Shown: piece after piece, positions 25,451-38,029 of the stretch
How positions within the stretch are numbered: the first letter of the stretch is position 1
Layout: each line of letters opens with the position of its first letter
NCBI RefSeq assembly: GCF_004010195.1
Contig: NC_057718.1
Span: forward strand, 64,300,744 to 64,364,598
Source of the DNA: Chiloscyllium plagiosum
Taxonomy: Eukaryota
Direction: 5' to 3'
Length of the DNA: 63,855 nt
Position numbers and translations under genes: made by a program
The notes under the pieces: model-generated
What the model saw: only the letters and a program-made list of their open reading frames with translations
Told to the model about the DNA's origin: nothing
The model's database searches: none

Positions 25451-28020
25451 AATTTGCATCCAAGGTCTATTTGTTCAGAAACACTCCCCAGGATGGTACC
25501 ATTAAATGTACCAGTCCTGCCCTGATATGCCTTTCCAAAATGCAGCACCTTGCATTCATTTAAATTAAACTCCACCTGCCACTCCTCAGCCCATTGGCTC
25601 ATCTGATCAAGATCCCATTGTAATCGGAGGTAATCTTCACAGCTGTCCACAACACCTCCAATTTTGGTGTCATCTGCAAACTTACTAACTATACCTCCTT
25701 ATGTTCATATCCAAATCATTTATATAAATGATGAAAAGCCATGGAGCCAGCACCAATCCTTGTAGCATACCATTAATCACAGGCCCCGATCTGAAAATCA
25801 ATTCCTCCATCACTACGCTGTCTTCTGCCTTTGAGCTGTTTCTGTATACAAATAGTTAGCTCTTCCTGTATTCCATTTGATCTAATGTTGATAACCAGTC
25901 TACCTTGAGGAACCTTGTTGAATGCCTTACTGAAGTCCATATTGATCACATCCACTGCTCTTCCCTCATCAATCCTCTTCATTGAGTTTTTTGAAGAATT
26001 AATCAAGTTAACGAGGCATGATTTCCCACACACAAAGCCATGTTGACTATCCCCATCATTCCTTGCCTTTCCAAATACATGTAAATCCTGTCCCTCAGGA
26101 TTCCCTCCAATAACTTGCTCAGTACCGATGTCAGGCTCACTGGTCTATAGTTCCCTGGCTTATGCTCACTACCCTTCTTAAATAGTGGCACATTAGCAGA
26201 ACTCCAGTCTTCCAGCACTTCACCTGTGACTATCGATGATACAAATATGTCAGCAAGGGTCCCAGCAATCACTTCCCTAGCTTTCCACAGAATTCTAGGG
26301 TATACCTGATCAGGTCCTGGGGAATTTATCCACCTTTATGCATCTTAAGACATCCAGCACCTGTAATATCAACATTTTTCAAAATGTCACCATCTATTTC
26401 CCCACATTCTATATCTTCAATGTCTTTCTCCACAGCAAACATTGATGCATAATACTAGTTTAGTATCGCCCCCACCTCCTGCAGTTTCACAAATAGGGCT
26501 GTCTTGCTGATCGTTGAGGGGCACTATTTTGTCCCTAGTTACCTTAACATATTTATAAAATCCCTTCAGATTCTCCTTAACCCTATTTGACCAAAGCTAT
26601 TTCATATCCGCTTTTTTGCCCTCCTGACTGCCTTTATACTCTAACCATTCACTCCATCTCAGCTGTGTACACCCGACATATACTTCCTTCTTTTTCTTGA
26701 CCAAAACCTCAATTTCTCTAGTCATCCAACACTCCCTGCACCTACCAGCCTCACGTTTCACCCTAACAGGAACATACTGTCTCTGGACTCTCGTTATCTC
26801 ATTTTTGAAGGCATCCCATTTTCCAGCCGTCCCTTTACCTGCACACATCCATCCCCAATCAATATTGAAGGTTCTTGCCTAATACCATCAAAATTGGCCT
26901 TCCTCCAATTCAGAAGTTTAAGTTTTCAATCTGGTCTGGCCTTTTCCATCACTACTTTAAAATTAATAGAATTATGAACGGTCTGCCACTCACATCTCAA
27001 TCACTTGGCCTGCCTAATTTCCCAAGATCAGGTCAAGTTTGCATCTTTTCTAGGAGGTACATCCACATACTGAATCAGAAAATTTCTTGTACACACTTAA
27101 ATTCCTCCTCATCTAAACCCTTAACACAATGGCAGTCCCAGCGTATGTTTGGAAAGTTAAAATTCCCTACCACAACCACCCTACCATTCTTACAGATAAC
27201 GAGATCTCCTTACAAATGTGTTTCTCAATTTCCTGATAGTAGAATCCAATAAGGTGATCATCCCTTTCTAATTTTTCATTTCCATCCAAATGACTTTCTT
27301 GGACGTATTCCCAGGAATATCCTCGCTAAGTACACCCTTAATGTTATGCCTTATCAAAAATGTCACTTCCCCTTGTCACTTCCCCTTGTCTCTTGCCCCC
27401 CCCTTTCTATCCTTGCTAATGAACTTGTATCCTGTAACATTAAGCTGCTAGCCCTGCCCATCCCTGAGCCACATCTCTGTAATTGCTAGGATATCTCAGT
27501 CCCATATTCCTCAACATGCCTGGAGTTCATCTGCCTTCCCCATTAGGCCTCTTGCATTGAAGTAAGTGTAGTTCAATTTATCAGTCCTACCTCATTCTCT
27601 GCTTTGTTCCCGTCTGCCCTGACTGTTTAACTTGCCCCTCTTCCTAATTGTACCAGTCTCAGATTCATCTCTCTTTGGGTCTCACACCCCCACCTTATTA
27701 GTTTAAATCCTCCTGAGCAGCTCTAGCAAATCTCCCTGCCACTACATTAGTTCCTTTCCAATTCAAGTGCAATCTGTCCTTGTTACACAAGTGACTTCTA
27801 CCTTAGGAGAGATTCCACTGATCCAATAATGTGAATCTTTCTCCCCTGCACCAGCTCCTCACCCACATTTATCCGCTACAGCCTCCTATTCCCACCCTCA
27901 CTAGTTCAGAGAAATCCAGTTATTACTACCCTCGAGGACCTCCTTTTTAAAATTCTGCCTAACTCCCTGTACTCTCCCTTCAGTATCTCATCAATTTCCC
28001 GATGTTGTTAGCTCCACTGT
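25450..28020 (-). mobile_element. CR1 LINE, long decayed copy (ORF1 end, endonuclease, RT)
   Basis: PGNYRPVSLTSV, MDFSKAFNKVP and related motifs; 3' end missing. Confidence 0.9.
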
Positions 28021-28406
28021 TTGCGTTTCCTTACAACCAATTTAATAGCAGAAGTTTCAAAGCGTATTACTTGCTTCCTCAGACACAATTTGCAGCTTAT
28101 TGAGCAACCTAGTGTTAAAGAGGAAAGGAATTGATTTCATAAGGCTCCTGGATGTAAGAAACACTGTAGTCAAACTAATTATTTTTTACTCCAGTTTGGG
28201 AATTTGTCAAGGACAGTATATTTGAGTCATAATGGGGGGAGATGGGGATGAAAGAGGGTAGGCGGAGGAGGTTAAGGGTTGCAGGTTGGAATGTATTGGA
28301 GAGGAGAGCGGTCGGGTTGAGGGAGCCACTGCTCCTGTTCGTGCTGCAGCTGCTGCGACATGAGTTCCCGCGCGGGCCGGGGCCGCCGCCGCAGCTGAGG
28401 GTTTAC

Positions 28407-28469
28407 CTGCGCCGTCAGACCTTGTTCCTCATCGTCCTGGCCGCTCAGAACTCTCCGCAGCTTCTCCAT
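28407..28469 (-). CDS. SFT2D1: SFT2 domain-containing 1 (vesicle transport protein SFT2A), coding exon 1
   Basis: Encodes MEKLRRVLSGQDDEEQGLTAQ, matching the vertebrate SFT2D1 N-terminus as I recall it. 63 nt, phase 0, ends at CAG|gtaaac donor, inside a CpG-rich island. Confidence 0.95.
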
Positions 28470-28643
28470 CGATTTTCACCGGAGGAAAAACACCAAGAAA
28501 CGAAACTTCACCGAAGTGCTTACACCACAACAACCGCAGCGATCGCCGGAAAACAGCAGAGCCACTATTAAAACTATCCCCCGAGCTGCCGTCTTTCACA
28601 GCCCGGACAGGTTAAAATGTAACACAGGAAGTTGGGTGAACTG

Positions 28644-28657
28644 GTTACCATGGAAAC
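28644..28657. promoter_or_regulatory. RFX X-box motif
   Basis: GTTACCATGGAAAC fits the GTNRCC-AT-RGYAAC palindromic consensus with one mismatch; about 175 bp upstream of the SFT2D1 ATG. Confidence 0.65.
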
Positions 28658-29079
28658 CGAAGAACCAGAGTCAGATTCCAGAATGATATGATGCGGTTTG
28701 AAGCGCAGAGACTGGGAAACAAATAATTTGGTGAAACATGAGAAATATAGATAGCAATATTGAAGGCCAAATGGCCTTGAACCTGCTCAGCTCTTCAACA
28801 CGATCAAGACTGAAACGTCTTCAAGTGTACTCTTCGACACAAATATCTAAATATCTGTTAAATATCTAAATAACGTGAACTTTGATTTCTCTCCATAGAT
28901 GCTGTCAGACCTGCTGACTTGTTTTTTTTTCCCCAGCGATTTCTGCTATTTGTTTCTGAATATCCCTCGATGCGCATCCAACTCAAACACATATCCATTT
29001 CAATATTGAAATATACTGAACCACAGAACAGCCAATCCTTCTGTAAAGTGTAGAACTCCAATGATTCACGGCCGCTTAG

Positions 29080-32000
29080 TCATAGAGTCATAGAGATGTA
29101 CAGCTTGGAAACAGACCCTTCAGTCCAACCCGTCCATGCCGACCAGATATCCCAACCCAATCTAGTCCCACCTGCCAGCACGCGGCCCATATCCCTCCAA
29201 ACCCTTCCTATTCATATACCCTTCCAAATGCCTCTTAAATGTTGTAATTGTACCAGCCTCCACCACTTCCTCTGGCAGCTCATTCCATATCCATACCACC
29301 TCTGTGTGAAAAAGTTGCCCCTTAGGTCTCTTTTATATCTTTCCCCTCTCACCCTAAACCTATGCCCTCAAGTTCTGGACTCCCCCCATGCCGGGAAAAG
29401 ACTTTGCCTATTTACCCTATCCATGCCCCTCATAATTTTGTAAACCTCGATAAGGTCACCCCTCAGCCTCCGACACTCCAGGAAAAACAGCCCCAGCCTG
29501 TTCAGCCTCTCCCGATAGCTCAAATCCTCCAACCTGGCAACATCCTTATAAATCTTTTCTGAACCCTTTCAAGTTTCACAACATCTTTCCATTAGGAAGG
29601 AGACCAGAATTGCACGCAATATTCCAGCAGTGGCTTAACCAATGTCCTGTACAGCTGCAACATGATCATCCAACTCCTGTACTCAATACTCTGACCAATA
29701 AAGGAAAGCATACCAAACACCTTTTTCACTATCCTATCTACCTGCGACTCCACTTTCAAGGAGCTATGAACCTGCACTCCAAGGTCTCTTTGTTCAGCAA
29801 TACTCCCTAGGACCTTACCATTAAGTGTATAAGTCCTGCTAAGATTTGCTTTCCCAAAATGCAGCACTTCGCATTATCTGAATTAAACTCCATCTGCTAC
29901 TTCTCAGCCCATTGGCCCATCTGGTCAAGATCCTGTTGTAATCTGAGGTAACCTTCTTTGCTGTCCATTACATCTCCAATTTTTGGTGTCATCTGCAAAC
30001 TTACTAACTATACCTCTTATGCCTGCATCCAAATCATTTATGTAAATGACAAAATGTAGAGGACCCAGCTCCGATCCTTGTGACACTCCACTGGTCACAG
30101 GCCTCCAGTCTGAAAAACAACTCTCCACCACCACCCTCTGTCTTCTTCCTTTGAGCCAGTTCTGTATCCACATAGCTAGTTCTCTCTGTATTCCATGAGA
30201 TCTAATCTTGCTAAGCAGTCTTCCATGGGGAACCTTGACGAATGCCTTACTGAAGTCCATATAGATCACATCTACCGCTCTGCCCTCATCAATCCTTTTG
30301 TTACTTCTTCAAAACATTCAGTCAAGTTTGTGAGACATGATTTCCCACGCACAATGCAATGTTGACTATCCCTAATCAGTCCTTGTCTTTCCAAATACAT
30401 GTACATCCTGTCCCTCAGGAGTCCCTCCAACAACTTGCCCATCACCAAGGTCAGGCTCACTGGTCTATAGTTCCCTGGCTTGACCTTACTACCCTATTCA
30501 AACAGTGACACCACGTTTGCCAACCTCCAGTCTTCCGGCACCTCACCTGTGACTATCAATGACACAAATATCTCAGCAAGAGGCCCAGCAATCACTTCTC
30601 TAGCTTCTCACAGAGTTCTCGGGTACACCTGATCAAGTCCTGGGGATTTATCCACCTTTATGCATTTCAAGATATCCAGCACTTCCTCCTCTGTAATCTG
30701 GACATTTTGCAAGATGTCACCATCTATTTCCCTACAGTTTATATCTTCCATATCCTTTTCCACAGTAAATACTGATGCAAAATACTGATTTAGTATCTCT
30801 CCCATTTTCTGTGGCTCCATACAAATGCCACCTTGCTGATCATTGAGGGGCCCTATTCTCTCCCTAGTTACCCTTTTGTCCTTAATGTATTAATAAAAAC
30901 CCTTTGGATTCTCCTTAATTCTATTTGCCAAAGCCATCTCATGTCCCCTTTCGCCCTCCTGATTTCCATCTTAAGTATAATCCTACTTCCTTTATACTTT
31001 TCTAAGGATTCACTCGATCTATCCTTTCTATCCCTGATGTATGATTCCTTCTTTTTCTTAACTAAACCCTCAATTTCTTTCGCCATCCAGCATTCCCTAT
31101 ATCTACCAGCCTTTCCTTTCACCCTGACAGGAATATACTTTCTCTGGATTCTCGTTATCTAATTTCTGAAGGCTTCCCATTTTCCAGCCGTCCCTTTACC
31201 TGCGAACATATGCCCCCAATCATCTTTCGAAAGTTCTTGCCTAATACCGTCAAAATTGCCTTTCTCCAATTTAGAACTTCAACTTTTAGACCTGGTCTAT
31301 CCTTTTCCATCACTATTTTTAAATCTAATAAAATTATGGCCGCTGTCCCCAAAGTGCTCTCCCACTGACACCTCAGTCACCTGCCCTGCCTTATTTCCCA
31401 AGAGTAGGTCAAGATTTGCACCTTCTCTAGTAGGTACATCCACATACTGAATCAGAAAACTGTCCTGTACGCACTTAACAAATTCCTTTCCATCTAAACC
31501 TTTACCACTATGGCGGTTCCAGTCTATGTCTGGAAAGTTAAAATCTCCCACCATGATCACCCTATTATTCTTACAGATAGCTGAGATCTTCTTACAAGTT
31601 TGTTTCTCAATTTTCCTCCAACTATTAGGGGGTCTATACTACAATCCCAATAAGGTGATCATCCCTTTCTTATTTCTCAGTTCCACCCAAATAACTTCCC
31701 TGGATGCATTTCCAGGAATATCCTCCCTCAGCACAGCTCTAATGCTATCCCTTATCAAAAATGCCACTCCCCCTCCTGTCTTGCCTCGCCTTCTATCCTT
31801 CCTGTAGCATTTGTATCCTGGAAGATTAAGCTGCCAGTCCTGCCCATCCCTGAGCCATGTTTCTGTAATTGCTATGATATCCCAGTCCGACATTCCTAAC
31901 CATGCCTTGAGTTCATCTGCCTTCACTGTTAGGCCTCTTGCATAAAAATAAATGCAGTTTAATTTATTAGTCCTACCTTGTCCCTGCTTGTCCTGACTGT

Positions 32001-33825
32001 TTGACTCGCTTCTGTTCTCAACTGTATGAATCTCAGATTGATCTCTTTCCTTACTATCTCCCTGGGTCCCACTCACCCACCTTACTAGTTTAAATCCTCC
32101 TGAGCAGCTGTAGAAAATGTCCCTGCCAGTACACTAGTCCCCTTCCAATTTAGGTGCAATCTGTCCTTCTTGTACAGGTCACTTTTATTACCCCAAAAGA
32201 GATTCCAATGATCCAAAAATGTGAATCCTTCTCCCATACACCAACTCCTCAGCCATGCATTCATCTACTCTATCCTCCTATTCCTGTCCTCACTAGCTCG
32301 TAGCACTGGGAGTAATCCACATATTACTACCCTTGAGGACTCCTTTTTAAATTTCTGCCTAACTCTAATCTCCCTTCAGAATCTCAACTTTTTCCCTTCC
32401 TATATCGTTGGTTCCAATGTGGACAATGATTGGCCCCTCTTCCCCTTGAGAACATTCTGCACCCTCTCTGAGACATCCTTGATCCTGGCACCACGGAAGC
32501 AACACACCATTCTGCTTTTTCACTGCTGGCCACAGAAACATCTGTCTGTACCTNNNNNNNNNNNNNNNNNNNNNNNNNNNNNNNNNNNNNNNNNNNNNNN
32601 NNNNNNNNNNNNNNNNNNNNNNNNNNNNNNNNNNNNNNNNNNNNNNNNNNNNNNNNNNNNNNNNNNNNNNNNNNNNNNNNNNNNNNNNNNNNNNNNNNNN
32701 NNNNNNNNNNNNNNNNNNNNNNNNNNNNNNNNNNNNNNNNNNNNNNNNNNNNNNNNNNNNNNNNNNNNNNNNNNNNNNNNNNNNNNNNNNNNNNNNNNNN
32801 NNNNNNNNNNNNNNNNNNNNNNNNNNNNNNNNNNNNNNNNNNNNNNNNNNNNNNNNNNNNNNNNNNNNNNNNNNNNNNNNNNNNNNNNNNNNNNNNNNNN
32901 NNNNNNNNNNNNNNNNNNNNNNNNNNNNNNNNNNNNNNNNNNNNNNNNNNNNNNNNNNNNNNNNNNNNNNNNNNNNNNNNNNNNNNNNNNNNNNNNNNNN
33001 NNNNNNNNNNNNNNNNNNNNNNNNNNNNNNNNNNNNNNNNNNNNNNNNNNNNNNNNNNNNNNNNNNNNNNNNNNNNNNNNNNNNNNNNNNNNNNNNNNNN
33101 NNNNNNNNNNNNNNNNNNNNNNNNNNNNNNNNNNNNNNNNNNNNNNNNNNNNNNNACATCCCCCCCCCCCCCTTCCTATAACTGCCATCCATCACATACT
33201 GTTGCTGTTGAAAATTCCTCATTGCTTCTAACTGTCTCTCCAACCGATCCATTCCATCTGATAAGATTTGCGTCCAACAGCATTTATGGCAGATATAATC
33301 CGCAGTAACCCTTAAACTTTCTTTAAACTCCCATATCTGACAAGATGTACATATCACTGTACTAAAAGCCATTTTGCTCCTTCACAATCTACAGACCCAG
33401 AAAATAACACAATCTTATTCCTCGACAAAACGCTGCCCCAGGTTAAATTAATAGTTATAGCTTATATTTTAAGTTTAATCAAGAGACATATCTCCAAAAT
33501 CATGTAATCAAGAAAGAACCCACTCTACTCACTACTGCAGTCTTTCTGTTGGACACACTTAAAACAACAATTAACTTATCTGATTCTGTGCTGTGAACTT
33601 TGCCCAAACAGGTTCCTGCAATATTTGTTCTTCTCACTTTTAAAACTGCTGTTGTTTTGATTTTTTTTTTCCAAAGTTCCAAAACAATGCAACAGCATAT
33701 GAAACAGTAATTTTTGCTCCTGGAATTTGAGGAGATCACCACCAGCACCTAAAATACCTAAAAAAAAAAGCAGCTGTTACAGCCAGAAATTTTTCCCGTC
33801 CTCCATCTTGGATTACCCAGAATTT
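29080..33825 (-). mobile_element. Near full-length CR1 LINE (ORF1 zinc finger/leucine zipper/esterase plus ORF2), inactivated
   Basis: ORF1 from 33372 (CTSC..CHKC, LERQL, HIGTNDIG), APE endonuclease (IIAITETWL, VGDFN), RT (SKFADDTK), tail gtcatagagtcatagag; contains an N gap. Confidence 0.92.
32554..33155. other. Assembly gap (N run)
   Basis: Run of n inside CR1 ORF1. Confidence 1.
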
Positions 33826-34456
33826 TCTCAGTCTGAGATTTTCGTTTCTTTACACTGAAATGGTGGCTCATGGTTTTAGATTCCCCAAACGAGGAAAACA
33901 GTCTCTTAGTGCCTAATCTGTTAGAGCCAGTCATGAATATTTCAATGAGATTGAACCTCATTCTGCAAAAATCTGGAGAGTATAAGTGAGCGTGTACACT
34001 TTACATAGTGAATTGCATTTCAGTTATACACCTTAAATTCACACAGTGTTAAACATTGAACGTTTAAGTTAGAAACAGGAGTAGCGTCTCAAGCTACTAG
34101 TTGAGTAAAACAATGTCTGATTGCAGCCTCGACTTCCCTCTGTAGGCCATTATACTCTTTGACTCCTTTGTTAGTCGAGAATCTATCCAACTTAGCCTTA
34201 AAAAGATTCAGTGAACCCATATACACGCTCTCTGGGGCAAATGAATGACCATCGAAGAGAAAACATTTCTGTTTTTCTCTGTCTTAAATGGGAAACCCTT
34301 TAATCTGAAACTGCATACTATAGTTTTAATCTCTCACATAAGGGGGTACGCTTTCAACATATAGCTTGATTTGGAGATGCCGGTGTTGAACAGGGATGTA
34401 CAAAGTTAAAAATCATACAACACCAGGTTATAGTCCAACAAGTTTAATTGGAAGCA

Positions 34457-34491
34457 CAATAGCCTTCGGAGCGCCGCTCCTTCATCAGGTG
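34457..34491 (-). ncRNA. Hammerhead ribozyme motif, core variant
   Basis: Minus strand CTGATGA A GGAGC-GGC-GCTCC GAAG GCTA (GAAA changed to GAAG); partner copy near 37761 is more decayed. Confidence 0.5.
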
Positions 34492-37189
34492 GCTGTGGAG
34501 GACACAATTGTAAGGCACAGAATTTATAGCAAAAATTCACAGTGTAATGTAACTGAAATTATACATTGAAAAATACCTTGATTGTTGAGTCTTCCTTCTG
34601 TTTGAATACCATGATAGTTTCACTTCCATCATGTATAAATCACAAAACCTTATTTTTTAAAAGTTGTATTCTCAGGTTAGCTGTAATAATTGGTGTTAGC
34701 TAGACAATATGTTGAAGGTGTTAGCCCTCTATATTCTGTCTATGCCATGATGTTTAGATTGATTCTAATCTAAATAGTGAGATAACAGAGTTTTATATGA
34801 ATTCATGCAGTTTTTGAGCAAAGTACAATGTAACTCTGCAAGTACAAATTCACCCCACAAAATATACGTGTGTATGTGGGTCTTTGTGTCTGTCTATATG
34901 TGTGTCTGTCTGGGTTGGGGGTTGTGAGTGTGAGAGAGAGTGTATATGTGTGTGTAGTGAGTGTAGAGTGTCTTAAGTCTGTGAGGGGTGCATGTGTGAG
35001 TGTGGGAGTGTGTGCGTGTCTGTGTATGTGTCCGTGTGTATGTGTGTATATAGGGGGGTGCGTGTGTGTGTGTGTGTGTGTGTGTATAGTGCAATGGTGG
35101 GTCACCTGTAATGTGACATGAACCCAAAGTCCTGACTGAGGCCCTCCCTGTAGGTATGGAACTTAGCTATCAGCCTCTGCTCGGCCACTTTTCGTTGCTG
35201 CCTGTCCCGAAGTCTGCCTTGGAGGATGATCACCCAAAGGTCCGAGGTCGAATGTCTTGGACCGCTGAAGTATTCCCCAACTGAGAGGGAACACTCCTGT
35301 CTGTAGATTGTTGTGCGGTGCCCATTCATCCATTGCCATAGCCTTTGCTTGGTTACTACCAGCTGATCCGATGAAAGAACACACCCGTGAATTAAACACA
35401 TTGATCAGGACTTTGGATCTAGTCCTTCAGAGTTCCCTACATGCCCTCATCCCACATACTTCTCATGTAGGTGACTTCTACTGCTTCCAAAGTTACACAA
35501 AGCCAGCACACCAGGACGTCCCATCGTATCGGGCAATGGGACCCTGTGTGAGAATCTCTCCAGCTATGTTGAAGGCATCTTGAAACGTATTATACAGGGG
35601 ATCCCCAGTTTCTGTCGCGACACTACAGATTTCTCACAGAAACTCAGCACCCACAGACCAGTCGAACCGGGAACATTCCTCGTCACAATGGATGTTTCAG
35701 CACTCTACACCAGCATCCCCCCACAATGATGGCATCGCGGCAACAGCCCCGGTACTCAATACTAACAAATGCCAATCTCCAAACATCATCCAACAATTCA
35801 TCCGCTTTATCTTCGATCACAACGTCTTCACCTTTGACAACCAGTTTTTCATCCAGACACATGGAACAGCCATGGGGACTAAATTTGCACCCCAATATGC
35901 CAACATCTTTATGCACAGGTTCAAACAAGATTTCTTGTCTATGCAGAATCTCCAACCAACATTATACACCAGCTACATTGATGACATTTTCTTCCTTTGG
36001 ACCCATGGCGAGGAGTCTCTGATAAAACTACACAGTGATATCAACAAGTTTCATCCCACCATCAAATTCACCATGGACTACTCTCAACTATCTGTCTCAT
36101 TTTTGGACACATGCATCTCCATCAAGGATGGACACCTCAGCACCACACTCTACCGCAAACCCAAAGACAACCTCACAATGCTACACTTCTCCAGCTTCCA
36201 CCCAAAACATATTAAAACAGCCATCCCTATGGACAAGCCCTACGCGTACACCGGATCTGCTCAGATGAGGAGGAAATTGACGGGCACTTGGAAGTACTCA
36301 GGGATGCCCTCACAAGAACGGGGTACGATGCTCAACTCATCGACCGCCAGTTCCGACGTGCCATAGCAAGGAACCGTAATGACCTCCTCAGGAGACAGAC
36401 ATGTGCTGCAAATGACAGGGTATCCTTTGTTGTTCAGTACTTCCCAGGAGCTGAAAAATAACGCCATGTTCTTCGTGACCTGCAACACATTATCAATGAG
36501 GATGAGCACCTCGCCAAGACCTTCCCCACACCTCCACTGCTTGCCTTTAAACAACCGCAAAACCTCAAATAAATCATCATTTGTGGCAAGCTGCCCGGCT
36601 TTCAGGTCAACTCCATACAACCCTGTCACGGCCAGTGCTGCAAGACGTGTCAGAGTGTGGACATGGATACCACTATTACACGTAGAGACACCTCCCATCA
36701 TGTACGTGGCAAGTACTCATGTAACTCAGCTGATGATGTCTATCTTACACGTTGCAGGCAAGGATGCCCAGAGGCATGGTACATTGGGGAAACTGAGCAA
36801 AGGCTACGACAACGGATGAATGGGCACCGCACAACAATCAACAGACAGGAGGGTTCCCTCCCAGTTGGGGAACACTTCAGCGGTCCAGTACATTCAACCT
36901 CGGACCTTCGGGTGACCATCCGGTAAGGCGGACTTTGGAACAGGCAGCAGCGAAAAGTGGCTGAGCAGAGGCTGATAGCTAAGTTCCACCCATAGGGAGG
37001 GCCTCAACTGGTACCTTGGGTTCATGTCACACTACAGGTGACCCACCATTGCACTATACACACACGCAGACACTCCTACACACACACACACACACACAGA
37101 GGCACTCCTATACACATGCATACACACGGACACAGATATACACAGACACACACACAGTCACTCACACACACCTTTACAGACACACACAC

Positions 37190-37242
37190 NNNNNNNNNNN
37201 NNNNNNNNNNNNNNNNNNNNNNNNNNNNNNNNNNNNNNNNNN
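37190..37242. other. Assembly gap in CA-rich tract
   Basis: Run of n. Confidence 1.
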
Positions 37243-38029
37243 CTCATACATGCACCCCCTCACAGACTTAAGACACTCTACACTCACTACACACACATAT
37301 ACACTCTCTCTCACACTCACAACCCCCAACCCAGACAGACACACATTTGGACAGACACCAAAGACCCACATGCACACATATATTTTGTGGGGTGAATTTG
37401 TACTTGCAGAGTTACATTGTACTTTGCTCAAAAACCGCATGAATTCATATAAAACTCTGTTATCTCACTATTTAGATTAGAATCAATCTAAACATCATGG
37501 CATAGACAGAGAACACAGGGGGCTAACACCTTCAACATATTGTCTAGCTAACACCAATTGTTACAGCTAACCTGAGAATGCAACTTAAAAAAAAAGGTTT
37601 TGGGATTTATACGTGAAAGAAGTGAAACTATCATGGTCTTCAAACAGATGACAGACTCAACAGACAATCAAGGTATTTTTCAATGTATAATTTCAGTTAC
37701 ATCACACTGTGAATTTTTGCTATAAATTCTGTGCCTTACAATTGTGTTCTCCTCAATCACCTAATGAAGGAGCGGTGCTCCAAAAGCTATTGTGCTTCCA
37801 ATTAAACCTGTTGGACTATAACCTGATGTTGTGTGATTTTTAACAACATACAGCTTGTCAGTGCTAATCCCTAACTGCCTTCAAAAGAATGGTTGTGAAC
37901 CACCATCTTTAACTGTTGCAGTCCAAGTGAGTGGCACAACCCCAGTATTGTTTGGTCGAGTCCCAGGATTTCAACCCAGTAGCAGTTAAGTAGCAGTGGT
38001 ACAGCTCTGACTCAGAATGCCCTATGACC

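Larger units (their letters stand above)
28300..28720 (-). promoter_or_regulatory. CpG-rich promoter / 5' UTR of SFT2D1
   Basis: Local CpG/GC enrichment against a CpG-depleted background around exon 1; ETS-like CAGGAAGT near 28625. Confidence 0.75.
34369..37843 (+). mobile_element. Penelope-like retroelement (RT plus GIY-YIG) with long inverted pLTR
   Basis: QTHGTAMGTKFAPQYANIFM, YIDDIFF, VYLTRCRQGCPEAWYIGETEQRL. About 34405-35345 is the reverse complement of 36800-37843. Flanked by caacata(t/c)agcttg (34355-34368 / 37844-37857). Confidence 0.93.

Noticed and set aside
28272..28406. Extension of the SFT2D1 ORF past residue 21
   Set aside because: Read-through into intron 1 beyond the GT donor.
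28242..28571. 109-aa plus-strand ORF
   Set aside because: Antisense shadow of GC-rich SFT2D1 exon 1; no recognisable protein.
32221..33372. Long 222-336 aa ORFs in the ORF track
   Set aside because: Artefacts of the N gap; only the minus-strand parts are real CR1 ORF1.
34803..35127. His/Thr-rich and Val/Cys-rich ORFs (also 37016-37480 and 49923-50297)
   Set aside because: Translations of CA/GT microsatellite tracts.
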